Virus record (IMG/VR): IMGVR_UViG_3300047160_010630
Coordinates: 32,001-96,000 of that record
Origin: a virus
Direction: 5' to 3' (one strand)
DNA: 64,000 bases
Part shown: positions 9,866-18,460 of the stretch, in pieces
Layout of the letters: the number at the start of each line of letters is the position of its first letter
Position numbering within the stretch: position 1 is the first letter of the stretch
The notes under the pieces: model-generated
Told to the model about the DNA's origin: nothing
Database searches by the model: none
Seen by the model: only the letters and a program-made list of their open reading frames with translations
Translations under genes and position numbers: made by a program

Positions 9866-10149
9866 TGGGCATCAGCGTCTTCCAGGCGCAGGCACCGGCG
9901 GCAGCTGTCGGCGTGGCTGTCAAGCTGTGCGACCTCCCACCGGGACCGGCGACGATCGTTCTGTCCGCCGACGACATCGGTGCGGTAGTCGGCACTCACG
10001 CGGATGTTGTACCGGCCACGGGAGCGATCATCACACCGTCAAGCCCGTTGGTGTTCGAGGTGGCACGCGGCTCGATCGAACACTCCCTGTACGTCATCGG
10101 GCGGACCGTCGGTGGAGCTGTGTCGGCCATCGTCTCCACACCCAACTGA
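9865..10149 (+). CDS. Family S paralog, copy 3
   Basis: TGATG coupling; MGI.V.Q...AVKL.DLP.GP...LY...STPN. Confidence 0.7.
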   Translation: MGISVFQAQAPAAAVGVAVKLCDLPPGPATIVLSADDIGAVVGTHADVVPATGAIITPSSPLVFEVARGSIEHSLYVIGRTVGGAVSAIVSTPN

Positions 10150-10158
10150 GAGGTCGCC

Positions 10159-10452
10159 ATGGGAATTCGTGTCTATCAGGTGGGAGTTCCTGATAACACC
10201 TCCGGCACCGTTCCGGCCGTCAAGCTGGTTGATCTACCGGTGGGCCCCGCGTCGATCGCTCTATCCATCGACGATACGTCAGCGGTGTGCGTCGGCACGA
10301 ACTCAGATGTGAACAGGTTGACTGGGGCGATCATCACACCGAGTTCTCCCATCTACATCTCGATATACCCTGGATCGGCCAGGCAGACGCTCTACGCGGT
10401 GTCTCGCGGAGGGCCCGGAGCGGTATCCGCGATCATCTCTACCCCGAACTGA
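10159..10452 (+). CDS. Family S paralog, copy 4
   Basis: Same motifs, ends STPN. Confidence 0.7.
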   Translation: MGIRVYQVGVPDNTSGTVPAVKLVDLPVGPASIALSIDDTSAVCVGTNSDVNRLTGAIITPSSPIYISIYPGSARQTLYAVSRGGPGAVSAIISTPN

Positions 10453-10466
10453 GCTGCGGAGGAATT

Positions 10467-10778
10467 GTGGGTATCCGAGTCGCTCAGGTCACCAATCCAC
10501 CGGCCACGCCACCGGCTGTCAAGCTGATCGATCTACCGCCCGGTCCTGGGTACGTTGTCATAGCCAATGAGGGCTCGATCGTGGGTGGCGTGTCCTACGG
10601 CGTCCACCCGGATCTGCAACCGGCTGGCGCAACTTCCGGGGGCGGAGCGGTGATCCCTCCGAACTCTTCCGTCAGTTTCCTTCTGTACCCCGGAGGATCC
10701 GGGCAGACGTTGTACATCATCGCCAACGGTGCGGCTACCAATGCTTCTGTGTCCGTCACGGTGTCCACCCCCAACTGA
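10467..10778 (+). CDS. Family S paralog, copy 5
   Basis: GGAGG SD, GTG start; same motifs, ends STPN. Confidence 0.7.
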   Translation: MGIRVAQVTNPPATPPAVKLIDLPPGPGYVVIANEGSIVGGVSYGVHPDLQPAGATSGGGAVIPPNSSVSFLLYPGGSGQTLYIIANGAATNASVSVTVSTPN

Positions 10779-10821
10779 CCGCTGACGCTGCGCGCCGAAC
10801 GATACTAAGGACAGATAATTC

Positions 10822-11562
10822 GTGACCGTAATTACTCCGGGCTCGCTCACCAAGGTTGTCGATTCGGTAACCGTTCCCGCAGGGGCGACTAATTTCGTTC
10901 TTGCGGAGTTCGAGTTCCCCTCTGCCTCGGCTGACTTTGTGTACCAGGTTCAGATGTCCGAGGCTCCGCACAATGTCGGCAGTCTCCTCCTCACGGCCAG
11001 CGGAAGTGTTGATCGAGTCAACTACTTCGGTCCCGTGAACAACAGCGGCGTGTACCTGTCCAACACCTCGGTAGAGTTGTCGGGTGAGATCAGAGGGCTG
11101 TACCAGAGTTTTCAGTTTCTGATCAGCAACCCGGATACGATCGACCACGTCCTCAACGTCTGGGTCCTGGGGTCCCCGTCCGCGTCCGCCGGACCGGTCG
11201 CCCCCGCCCCGGTCACCCTCTACACGGAGTCGCCGACCGCCCGGACGTCCAGCGGCGCCAGCAACGCCTTCACGTGGCCCAGCGGCGTCTCCCAGGTGTT
11301 CGTCGGGGTCAACGTCACCGCGTTCGCCAGGGCGCCGCACGACGCGCTCACCGTCACGCTCCAGCAGGAGGACGCCAACGGCGTGTTCCAGGACATCGGA
11401 AGCAGCGCCGAGATCAACGAGACCGGGACGACCGTCTTCTCCGTCGGGACGGGGCTGGACAACGGTCAGATGATCGTGGCCGGAGGCACCTACCGGTTCC
11501 TCTGGACCGTCGCAGGAAGTCCGTCCGCCTTGTCGTTCCAGGTCGGTATCACCGGGCGCTGA
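10822..11562 (+). CDS. Two-domain beta-sandwich virion protein
   Basis: Beta-rich composition; position in the head module. Confidence 0.55.
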   Translation: MTVITPGSLTKVVDSVTVPAGATNFVLAEFEFPSASADFVYQVQMSEAPHNVGSLLLTASGSVDRVNYFGPVNNSGVYLSNTSVELSGEIRGLYQSFQFLISNPDTIDHVLNVWVLGSPSASAGPVAPAPVTLYTESPTARTSSGASNAFTWPSGVSQVFVGVNVTAFARAPHDALTVTLQQEDANGVFQDIGSSAEINETGTTVFSVGTGLDNGQMIVAGGTYRFLWTVAGSPSALSFQVGITGR

Positions 11563-11592
11563 AAACGCCCATCAATTAACAAGGAGACGCAT

Positions 11593-12210
11593 ATGACCGT
11601 GCATTCCCGCAGCGATGTTGTTGCGGTGACCATTTCTCCGGCGCACGGAGGCTGCGGACGCGTTCACAGCCGACCCGTCGTCGCGGGAGCACCGGCCCGC
11701 CTCTGGGCCCTGGACTGTGCGGACGGCTGCGAGGACGTGCTGCGGCACGACCCTCTGTGGGCGCCCACGGTCACCACCATTCCCGAGACCCCGGACGAGG
11801 CCGCCACCCGCGAGGACGCCGAGAAGCGCGGCCAGATCGAGCAGGCCAAGAACACGACGGCCGCGCTCCAGGATCTCGCCAACCTCAAGGATCTTCCGCA
11901 GGCGCTGAGCCAGGCGCTGCTGGTCGCGTTCGGCGGCCAGAACCCGCAGGCCGTGGAGGAGCCCCAACTCCTCTGCAAGAACGGGCACGCGAACAAGCCG
12001 ACCGGCCGTTTCTGTGCCGAGTGCGGCACCTCTCTCAAGGAGCCGGTGAGCGCGACCGGCACGGACAATGCTCCGGCCGACGACGCCGCTCCCGACCTTG
12101 AGTCGATGAGCATCAACGAGCTTCGAGAACTTGCCAAGAGTATGGGTGTGAAGACCGCCCGCTCCAAGGACGATCAGATCACCGCTATCCGGGATTCTCT
12201 CGGCAAGTAG
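11593..12210 (+). CDS. Zinc-ribbon protein with C-terminal Rho-N/HeH-like helix pair
   Basis: CKNGH...FCAECG; LESMSINELRELAKSMGV...KDDQITAI. Confidence 0.65.
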   Translation: MTVHSRSDVVAVTISPAHGGCGRVHSRPVVAGAPARLWALDCADGCEDVLRHDPLWAPTVTTIPETPDEAATREDAEKRGQIEQAKNTTAALQDLANLKDLPQALSQALLVAFGGQNPQAVEEPQLLCKNGHANKPTGRFCAECGTSLKEPVSATGTDNAPADDAAPDLESMSINELRELAKSMGVKTARSKDDQITAIRDSLGK

Positions 12211-12235
12211 CCGAGGTCCCTGACGGGAGGTCGGC

Positions 12236-12388
12236 ATGGCACGAGGACGACACACTTGCACGTTGTGTTGTCGACGAAGTCGTCCTCCCGTCAATCATTG
12301 CGCAGACTGCGGGCAACCGTTCTGCGACCGGCACGGAACCTGGTCGGAAGACCGGTGGGTCTGTTTGAGATGTACACGTCGAAAGTGA
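12236..12388 (+). CDS. 50-aa Cys/His zinc-finger protein (below the ORF-track cutoff)
   Basis: GGGAGG SD; MARGRHTCTLCC...CADCGQPFCDRHG...WVCLRCTRRK. Confidence 0.6.
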   Translation: MARGRHTCTLCCRRSRPPVNHCADCGQPFCDRHGTWSEDRWVCLRCTRRK

Positions 12389-12418
12389 TGCACATAAAAA
12401 CTGTGCTATCATAACCTT

Positions 12419-13192
12419 ATGGTTGATCGTGCGTGCTCTTTTCCTGAGTGCAGCAGGCCGCACAAGGGTCGGGGTTACTGTCAGAGCCATCTGAAGATGG
12501 TGCGCAACGGGGTCCCTCTGCGGCCTATAAGGGATCAAGTCGTCAGAAATAGCTATACCTACGATCACGAATTCTTCTCTTCTGTAAACACAGAAGAGAA
12601 GGCTTACTGGCTGGGGTTCATTACCGCTGACGGATGTATTTCGGATACCGGTGATAGCAGGTTTCTCAGCATTAGGCTTCAAGACAGGGACCATGACCAT
12701 CTCGTCAAATTTTGTCGGTCTCTGAAATCTAACCGCCCGGTCCTTCGGTCTCCGGGCGTGTCCTATATGTCTGTGAGCTCTCGCCAAATAATTGATGATC
12801 TCATCTCCCTGGGGGTCACTCCGAGAAAGAGCCTTACGGCCGCTCCGTGGTCATCTGCTTCTCCGGAGTTGGCACGGCACTATATCCGGGGATTGTTCGA
12901 CGGGGACGGGTTCCTTCACAGGGAGAAGCGGGGCGGCTGGGCAGCAGGATTCGGATCGGGCAGACGGCTATTGGTAGAATTCTTCGCCGCGTACGGGATT
13001 ATCGCAACTGGGTCTACTGCAAAAATTCGAACAGCTTTCACCTCGGCGGGCAACGAATTCTTCGACTGGCGCGTGAACGGTGTCAAGGTAACCGGCAATC
13101 TGATCTCCTGGTTGTATAAGGACACGTCGATGTATTTGGATCGAAAAAAGTCCTTGGCAGACGAACTTATTGGTTCCCAGGAGCCCGATTAG
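12419..13192 (+). CDS. Free-standing LAGLIDADG homing endonuclease with N-terminal Zn finger
   Basis: AYWLGFITADG, HYIRGLFDGDG; CSFPEC...GYCQSH; low GC. Confidence 0.85.
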   Translation: MVDRACSFPECSRPHKGRGYCQSHLKMVRNGVPLRPIRDQVVRNSYTYDHEFFSSVNTEEKAYWLGFITADGCISDTGDSRFLSIRLQDRDHDHLVKFCRSLKSNRPVLRSPGVSYMSVSSRQIIDDLISLGVTPRKSLTAAPWSSASPELARHYIRGLFDGDGFLHREKRGGWAAGFGSGRRLLVEFFAAYGIIATGSTAKIRTAFTSAGNEFFDWRVNGVKVTGNLISWLYKDTSMYLDRKKSLADELIGSQEPD

Positions 13193-13219
13193 TACCACCT
13201 TTAGGGGGTGATTCATACA

Positions 13220-14173
13220 ATGCCCTTCGGTAGCGCGTACATTTCGCCGTCCATGCTCACAACCGCCCCTACCGGGTTCCCGTGGTCCATAATTCCTTTC
13301 CCAAAAGCGACCAGCGCCCAGCAGCTGGCGGAGCAGACCAACATTTGTTGGAGAGCCACCTCTACTATCGACGGCTATTGTTTATAGGGCAACCAGGTCC
13401 TGCGCTCCACCATCAACAACGAGAACATTTCCGGCCCGGGGAACTACCGCGTCAATATCCAGAACGGCACGGGCAACGTCCGCATGATCCTGCGCCGCTG
13501 GCCGGTGATGCAGATCGTCGCCGTCCAGGTGGCCAACAACGCGGTGTTCCCCCGGCAGTGGCGCAATGTGCCGACCGGGCTGTTCGACGTCGAGCACCCG
13601 GTCCTCGGTGTGTACACGAACACCGCGCCGACGTCCAGTGCCGACGGCGGCCAGTCGATTCTGATCGCTCCCGGCTACGCGGACTGGAGCAATGGGCGTG
13701 ACGGCTTCCGGTTCCTGGTCTCCTACCTGAACGGCTGGCCGCACACCGGCCTGGTGACGGCTTCCACGGCCGGGACGACGACGCTGTCCGTGGACGACGT
13801 CACCGGCTGGGCCGGGGCCTTCGGGACCATCTACGACGGCGCGCAGACGGAGACGTTCGAGGCCGTCAGCGTGACGGCGACGGCGCCGCTGAGCCTGCCG
13901 AACAACGTGGGGACGGTGCAGACGGGCCCGGGGACCGTCACCTTGAGTTCCCCGCTCCTGTACGCGCACCCGGTCGGCACGATCGTCACCTCCCTGCCGG
14001 GCAGCGTCATCTGGGCGACCATTCTGGCCGCCACTGCCCAGGCGCTGGAATCGGGTGCCACCAGTGTCAGTATCCAGAACATTCCTGGGTCGCTGACCAC
14101 GGGTGGGCACGGTATCGCGGATATCAAGACGGAGTACGAACTGCTGCTCGATCCGTATCGCCGCGTGATATGA
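13220..14173 (+). CDS. Putative head-tail adaptor, interrupted in frame by TTA-TAG-GGC at 13382-13390 (314 aa if the 9 nt are skipped)
   Basis: ATG 13220 after GGGGGTG; 54 codons to RATSTIDGYC, then L * G, then NQVLRS... in the same frame as ORF 13484-14173; adaptor-like C-terminus LLLDPYRRV. Confidence 0.75.
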
Positions 14174-14217
14174 TATGTTACTTGCGTACAGCTCAGGATT
14201 CGTGTACTGTAAGAAAC

Positions 14218-14982
14218 ATGAGTGAACGATTCTGCTCTGTCGCAGACTGCCCCAACCCGAAGCTCAACAACACTCCTGTGGGCCCTCTGTGCTCCAAGCA
14301 CTACCAGCGATACCGGCGCCGGGGGTCCGTAGATTCGGTCGCCAAGCCGCACGCCTACACAAAGAAGATCACGGGAGCCCCCTGCACCGTGGGAGAGTGC
14401 ACGAATCCCGTCGTTGTTCGGGGAATGTGTGGCGCCCACTATCAGCGCAACGTCAAGCATGGTAATCCCAGTACGCTTCTGCTGGACCGTAGCCGCACCC
14501 CCGAAGAACGGTTCTGGTCGTTCGTCGACAAGAATGGCCCTGAAGCGTTCCACTCGCAGACCGGAAAGCCCATCGGAAAGTGTTGGAACTGGTCCGGAGG
14601 GGTCTCCGATGGATATGGGATGTTGTGGCTCAACAAGAAAAACATCCACGCGCACAGATTCTCTTACCGGTTGTATCGGGGAGCTACTCCTGACGGCCTG
14701 GAGCTGGACCACCTGTGCAGGAACCGGTCCTGTTCGAACCCGGCGCACCTTGAGCCAGTCACCCACAAGGAGAATGTGCGTCGGGGGGAATCCCCAAGCG
14801 CCGTGGCGCGCCGTACTAAGCGGTGCAAGATCGGGCACGAGTACGAGCCTTCGTCAGGTCCTGGCCCCCGGGGCTGTCAGACGTGCAGGTACTGGCACAC
14901 TGAGGCGCACAACGCCAAGATCCGCAACCGCCCCTTCGAGCAGCTCGCGCTGTTCCCGGTCAGTTGGGTGAGAACCGAATAG
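14218..14982 (+). CDS. Free-standing HNH homing endonuclease
   Basis: CWNWSG...YG...AHRFSY...LDHLCRNRSCSNPAHLEPVT..EN; two N-terminal Zn fingers; start chosen from promoter position. Confidence 0.85.
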   Translation: MSERFCSVADCPNPKLNNTPVGPLCSKHYQRYRRRGSVDSVAKPHAYTKKITGAPCTVGECTNPVVVRGMCGAHYQRNVKHGNPSTLLLDRSRTPEERFWSFVDKNGPEAFHSQTGKPIGKCWNWSGGVSDGYGMLWLNKKNIHAHRFSYRLYRGATPDGLELDHLCRNRSCSNPAHLEPVTHKENVRRGESPSAVARRTKRCKIGHEYEPSSGPGPRGCQTCRYWHTEAHNAKIRNRPFEQLALFPVSWVRTE

Positions 14983-14989
14983 AAAAATT

Positions 14990-15022
14990 AGAAACCCGGT
15001 CCACTCAGGGCCGGGTTTCTTC
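14990..15022 (+). terminator. Hairpin terminator after the HNH gene
   Basis: agaaacccggtcc-actca-gggccgggtttct. Confidence 0.6.
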
Positions 15023-15043
15023 ATGCACCGAGGGGGTCCACCC

Positions 15044-15211
15044 GTGGCCACGTACAAACCTCCCCGCCACCTCAGGGGCGGTATACACGCCCGTACGCTC
15101 ACGGCGCGCCAGCAGCACCGCCGCTCCGGGGCGAAGAAGACCCTCACCCGGCGGATCAACGCGAAGCTGTTCCGGGGACGCACGGTCAACGCGCCCCGGC
15201 ACCGGTGGTAA
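15044..15211 (+). CDS. Small Arg-rich basic protein
   Basis: GAGGGGG SD, GTG start; fills the gap in the operon. Confidence 0.45.
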   Translation: MATYKPPRHLRGGIHARTLTARQQHRRSGAKKTLTRRINAKLFRGRTVNAPRHRW

Positions 15212-15221
15212 CAGAGAGTAG

Positions 15222-15722
15222 GTGAGCCTGTTGCCGCTGAATTCTGTGCAGCAGTACGTAGCCAATCAGATCAACGGGATCCAGGTCCCGACCATTCCGC
15301 AGCCGATCGAGGCGTTCATCACGCCACCTGCCATGGAGGCCCCCAACGGCCCCAAGGCGTACATCTGGGGCGCCCGCAACCGGGGCCGACGGCAGACGAT
15401 GCCGCGCGGTATCGCCCCGGCCGCCGGATTCAAGCGGCTCGACTGGACCGTGGACATCTACCTGATCTACGAGACCCTGGCGGACGATCCGATGATCGAC
15501 CAGGACTTCCCGCTCATCATCGACGCCGTCCTCACCAAGCTGTGGACGACGACGATGCCGGTGTTCATCACCGACCCGGTCACGGAGCAGGTGTCCCAGA
15601 TCCAGTCGGTCGGCGAGGAGTGGAACCTGGAGTACCCGCCGGAGCGCACCCCCTCTACTTTGCGTACGGTCTGGTACTCGTCACGGATCGCCATGGACAT
15701 TCTGGAGATTGTGCAGGCATGA
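15222..15722 (+). CDS. Putative tail terminator / tail completion protein
   Basis: Size and position upstream of the tail tube. Confidence 0.5.
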   Translation: MSLLPLNSVQQYVANQINGIQVPTIPQPIEAFITPPAMEAPNGPKAYIWGARNRGRRQTMPRGIAPAAGFKRLDWTVDIYLIYETLADDPMIDQDFPLIIDAVLTKLWTTTMPVFITDPVTEQVSQIQSVGEEWNLEYPPERTPSTLRTVWYSSRIAMDILEIVQA

Positions 15723-16165
15723 GCGCTTCACTGGAATTCGACGGCTCGGACCTCGGGGTCTTCAAGAGGATCAGCTTCGCCCGCGCGGTGTCCCGGTGGA
15801 TCGAAGAGGTGTCCCCGGAGATCGAGGAGTCCATCAAGAACGAGGCCCCGAAGCGGACCGGCGCACTCAAGGACTCCATCACCCACCGGAAGAGCTTCGG
15901 CTTCTCCGGCGTGGCGGTGGAGTACGGCAGCCGCCTCCCCTACGCCAGTTATGTGGAGGAGGGGACTCCGCCGCATATCATCCGTGCGCGGAACGTCAAG
16001 AATCTTCGGTTCCAGGGGCGCAGCGGGGACATCGTCTACGCGCCCTACGTGAATCACCCGGGAACCCGTCCCAATCCGTTCTCGCAGCGGGCCGTGGAGC
16101 GGATCCTGCCGGAGCTTCAGTCCCGCTTCGCAGAAGATGTCGAGAGCGAATTCCGAAAGGCGTGA
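15719..16165 (+). CDS. HK97 gp10-like tail completion protein
   Basis: APKRTGALKDSI, YASYVEEGT.PH, HPGTRPNPF; ATGA overlap with upstream gene. Confidence 0.8.
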   Translation: MSASLEFDGSDLGVFKRISFARAVSRWIEEVSPEIEESIKNEAPKRTGALKDSITHRKSFGFSGVAVEYGSRLPYASYVEEGTPPHIIRARNVKNLRFQGRSGDIVYAPYVNHPGTRPNPFSQRAVERILPELQSRFAEDVESEFRKA

Positions 16166-16168
16166 TGT

Positions 16169-16435
16169 ATGCGGCTGCGGTACACGGGGTCCCACCCTGT
16201 CACCCTGATGATCCAGGGCATGGAAGTCGATTCCGGCGGCGAGGTGGACGTCCCGGACGAGCTGGCGGAAACATTCCTGCGGCGGGGGGACTTCGTCCCT
16301 GTCCCGGGAGCGGACCTGGCCCTCGCCGGAGAACGGATGCCGGAGGTCCGCCACCAGGACATGGCGCCGGTTGCGGACATGTCGCACATGATGCTCGGCG
16401 GCCAGGAGCCTGTCGCTGAAATCGAAGCTGTCTAA
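16169..16435 (+). CDS. Small virion-associated hypothetical protein
   Basis: MRLRYTG...GEVDVPDELA pattern typical of genes preceding tail tube genes. Confidence 0.55.
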   Translation: MRLRYTGSHPVTLMIQGMEVDSGGEVDVPDELAETFLRRGDFVPVPGADLALAGERMPEVRHQDMAPVADMSHMMLGGQEPVAEIEAV

Positions 16436-16443
16436 GGAGCGGT

Positions 16444-17880
16444 ATGGCCTTCCCCACGATTACCGAGCGCTACGGGTCGCTTTCCGCTACCGGCCTGGCG
16501 AAGGAAGCGACTTTCGGTGTGCCGGTCGCGGCCACCACCTTCCTGCCGATGACCGGCAATACGATGGAGATGGACCCCGGGTGGTTCTCTCCGCACGTGA
16601 TGCAGGCGGCTCGCGACCTCCAGATCTACAACCTGTACGGCGAGTACAAGTTCCACGGCGCGCTTTCCGGGCCGCTGTTCCCGTCGAACGCCATCGCCCT
16701 GCTGGTGGCCTCCATCGGGCAGGACAACGCGGTCGGCACCGGTATCTTCGGCACGCCGGTCACGCCGACGTCGACCACGTCCAGCGTCTCCACCGTGGCC
16801 GGTGCCACGACGATCACGGTGACGTCGCCCACGGGTTTCGCCACCAACCAGGAAATCCTGATCGACACCGGCCAGCTCCTGGAGGTCCGCAAGATCTCCG
16901 GTGTCGCCGGGTCGGTCATCACCGTGGCCGATGCCCTGTTCTTCGCGCATCCGAGTGGTGCCACCGTCTCCACGGCGACCACGACCACGCTGAGCGCCCC
17001 GTCGATCGTCGGTGCGACGACGGTCACGGTCACGTCGGCCACCGGCATCGTGCAGAACTCGTTCGTCCAGATCGACGTCAACAGTGTCACCGGTACGACG
17101 ACGTCCGAGGTGCGCCGGGTCACCAACGTGGCGACCAACACACTGACGCTGGACACGGCGCTGGTCTACGCCCACGCGAGCGGCGCCCAGGTCGTCCTGG
17201 TGACCACTCCGTACACGCACACCATCACCCAGCAGAACAGCCTGCCGTCGCTGACGGTGGAGAAGAACCTCGGTTCCTTCCAGAGCCTTCAGTTCGCCGG
17301 GTGCAAGGTCAACAAGTTCGACGTGAAGGCACCGACCGGGAACAACCCGGTGGACATCACGGCGGACATGATGGGCCAGTCGGTGCTGTCGCTGACCACG
17401 CCGACGGCCGTGACGGTGACCAGCGAGTCTCCGTTCGTGTTCGCGGAGGCCGTGCTCACCGCTTTCGGCAACACCCGATTCGACGCGCGCAACATCACGA
17501 TGTCGATCGAGAACGGTCTGAAGGAGACCTACACCTATTCCGGGAACCACGGGCCGAGCTTCATCACGCCGGTCACCGTTCACGGTATGGGGTCGTTCGA
17601 CGTGGTGTGGTCCAGCCTGACGGATGCTACGTACGGTGACTTCACCAAGATGGTGAACGGAACGCTGGGCTCGCTGATCTTCTCGGTCATCCACCCGGCG
17701 AGCGCCGGGACGGTGACGTTCTTCCACCCGCAGATCGTTCTGAATAAGTTCGTGAACGACGTGAAGATGGAAGATGTAATTTTGTCTACGATGAACTACG
17801 AGGCTACGCGTCCCGTATCCGGCAACAACCAATTCACGGTCCAGGCCTACGTCTCGAACCAGACCTACCTGTCATATTAA
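16444..17880 (+). CDS. Major tail tube protein with two inserted repeat modules
   Basis: GLAKEATFG N-terminus, YTHTIT, LPSLTVEK, GCKVN; upstream of chaperones and tape measure. Confidence 0.8.
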   Translation: MAFPTITERYGSLSATGLAKEATFGVPVAATTFLPMTGNTMEMDPGWFSPHVMQAARDLQIYNLYGEYKFHGALSGPLFPSNAIALLVASIGQDNAVGTGIFGTPVTPTSTTSSVSTVAGATTITVTSPTGFATNQEILIDTGQLLEVRKISGVAGSVITVADALFFAHPSGATVSTATTTTLSAPSIVGATTVTVTSATGIVQNSFVQIDVNSVTGTTTSEVRRVTNVATNTLTLDTALVYAHASGAQVVLVTTPYTHTITQQNSLPSLTVEKNLGSFQSLQFAGCKVNKFDVKAPTGNNPVDITADMMGQSVLSLTTPTAVTVTSESPFVFAEAVLTAFGNTRFDARNITMSIENGLKETYTYSGNHGPSFITPVTVHGMGSFDVVWSSLTDATYGDFTKMVNGTLGSLIFSVIHPASAGTVTFFHPQIVLNKFVNDVKMEDVILSTMNYEATRPVSGNNQFTVQAYVSNQTYLSY

Positions 17881-17901
17881 TCACACCAGAAAGAGGCAGC
17901 G

Positions 17902-18315
17902 ATGGGATTCCTCTCGGCCTTCGGCGACGTTAAGCGCATCACCCTCGACAAGGAGCGCGGCTACTGGGTCGACCTCAAGGAGCACGTCAGCCAGGGCGAT
18001 CGGGAGACCGCCCAGCGGTCCCTGGAGTCGGTGGTGGTGGTCGACGGGAAGACCAACATCTCCCCGGACGTCACCACGTGGCGCGAGCAGATGGTCCTGG
18101 CCACCATCGCCGGGTGGAACCTGGACGACGACAACGGCATCTGGCCCATCACCCTGGACAGTGTCAAGCGGCTGCCGGGAACGGTCTTCGACATGCTGTG
18201 GGTGGAGGTCGAGAAGCTGGGCGAGATCCGTAAGGGTACCGCCCAGCAGGAATTTCGTGATGGAACTGTCGGCGGCGATCAGGATGGGGACGCCGGGTCC
18301 TCCGGTGCTCGGTAG
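17902..18315 (+). CDS. Tail assembly chaperone (short form)
   Basis: IAGWNLDDDNG.WPIT...RLP; between tube and tape measure. Confidence 0.75.
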   Translation: MGFLSAFGDVKRITLDKERGYWVDLKEHVSQGDRETAQRSLESVVVVDGKTNISPDVTTWREQMVLATIAGWNLDDDNGIWPITLDSVKRLPGTVFDMLWVEVEKLGEIRKGTAQQEFRDGTVGGDQDGDAGSSGAR

Positions 18316-18460
18316 GTTCCTGCTGCGCCGGATGTTCTGGAAAGAGCTGGGGATGCGCGAGGCGGATGTTCTCGCGCTCCCGGCGCAGGAGATCGACGAC
18401 TACGTCCTCATCTTCCAGATGATCCAGCGTGAAGAGCAGAACCGAAACCGGAGGTCGTGA
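18260..18460 (+). CDS. Tail assembly chaperone second ORF (likely frameshift extension)
   Basis: +1 frame overlapping the chaperone 3' end and running to the tape measure start. Confidence 0.6.
   Translation: MELSAAIRMGTPGPPVLGRFLLRRMFWKELGMREADVLALPAQEIDDYVLIFQMIQREEQNRNRRS

Noticed and set aside
13380-13388. The 9-nt insert as a micro-intron excised in trans by the capsid group I intron (it can be drawn U|GTTTATAGG|)
   Set aside because: The intron guide sequence (guagggg) does not pair with the upstream ggcuauu; no ribozyme core nearby. RT-PCR would settle it.
13282-13701. 139-aa ORF overlapping the adaptor gene
   Set aside because: Off-frame shadow with atypical composition; the real frame is 13220/13484
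3807-15000. Additional introns around the LAGLIDADG and HNH genes
   Set aside because: Flanks are only tens of nt with no P3/P7 core, and neighbouring genes end or start normally, so the nucleases are free-standing
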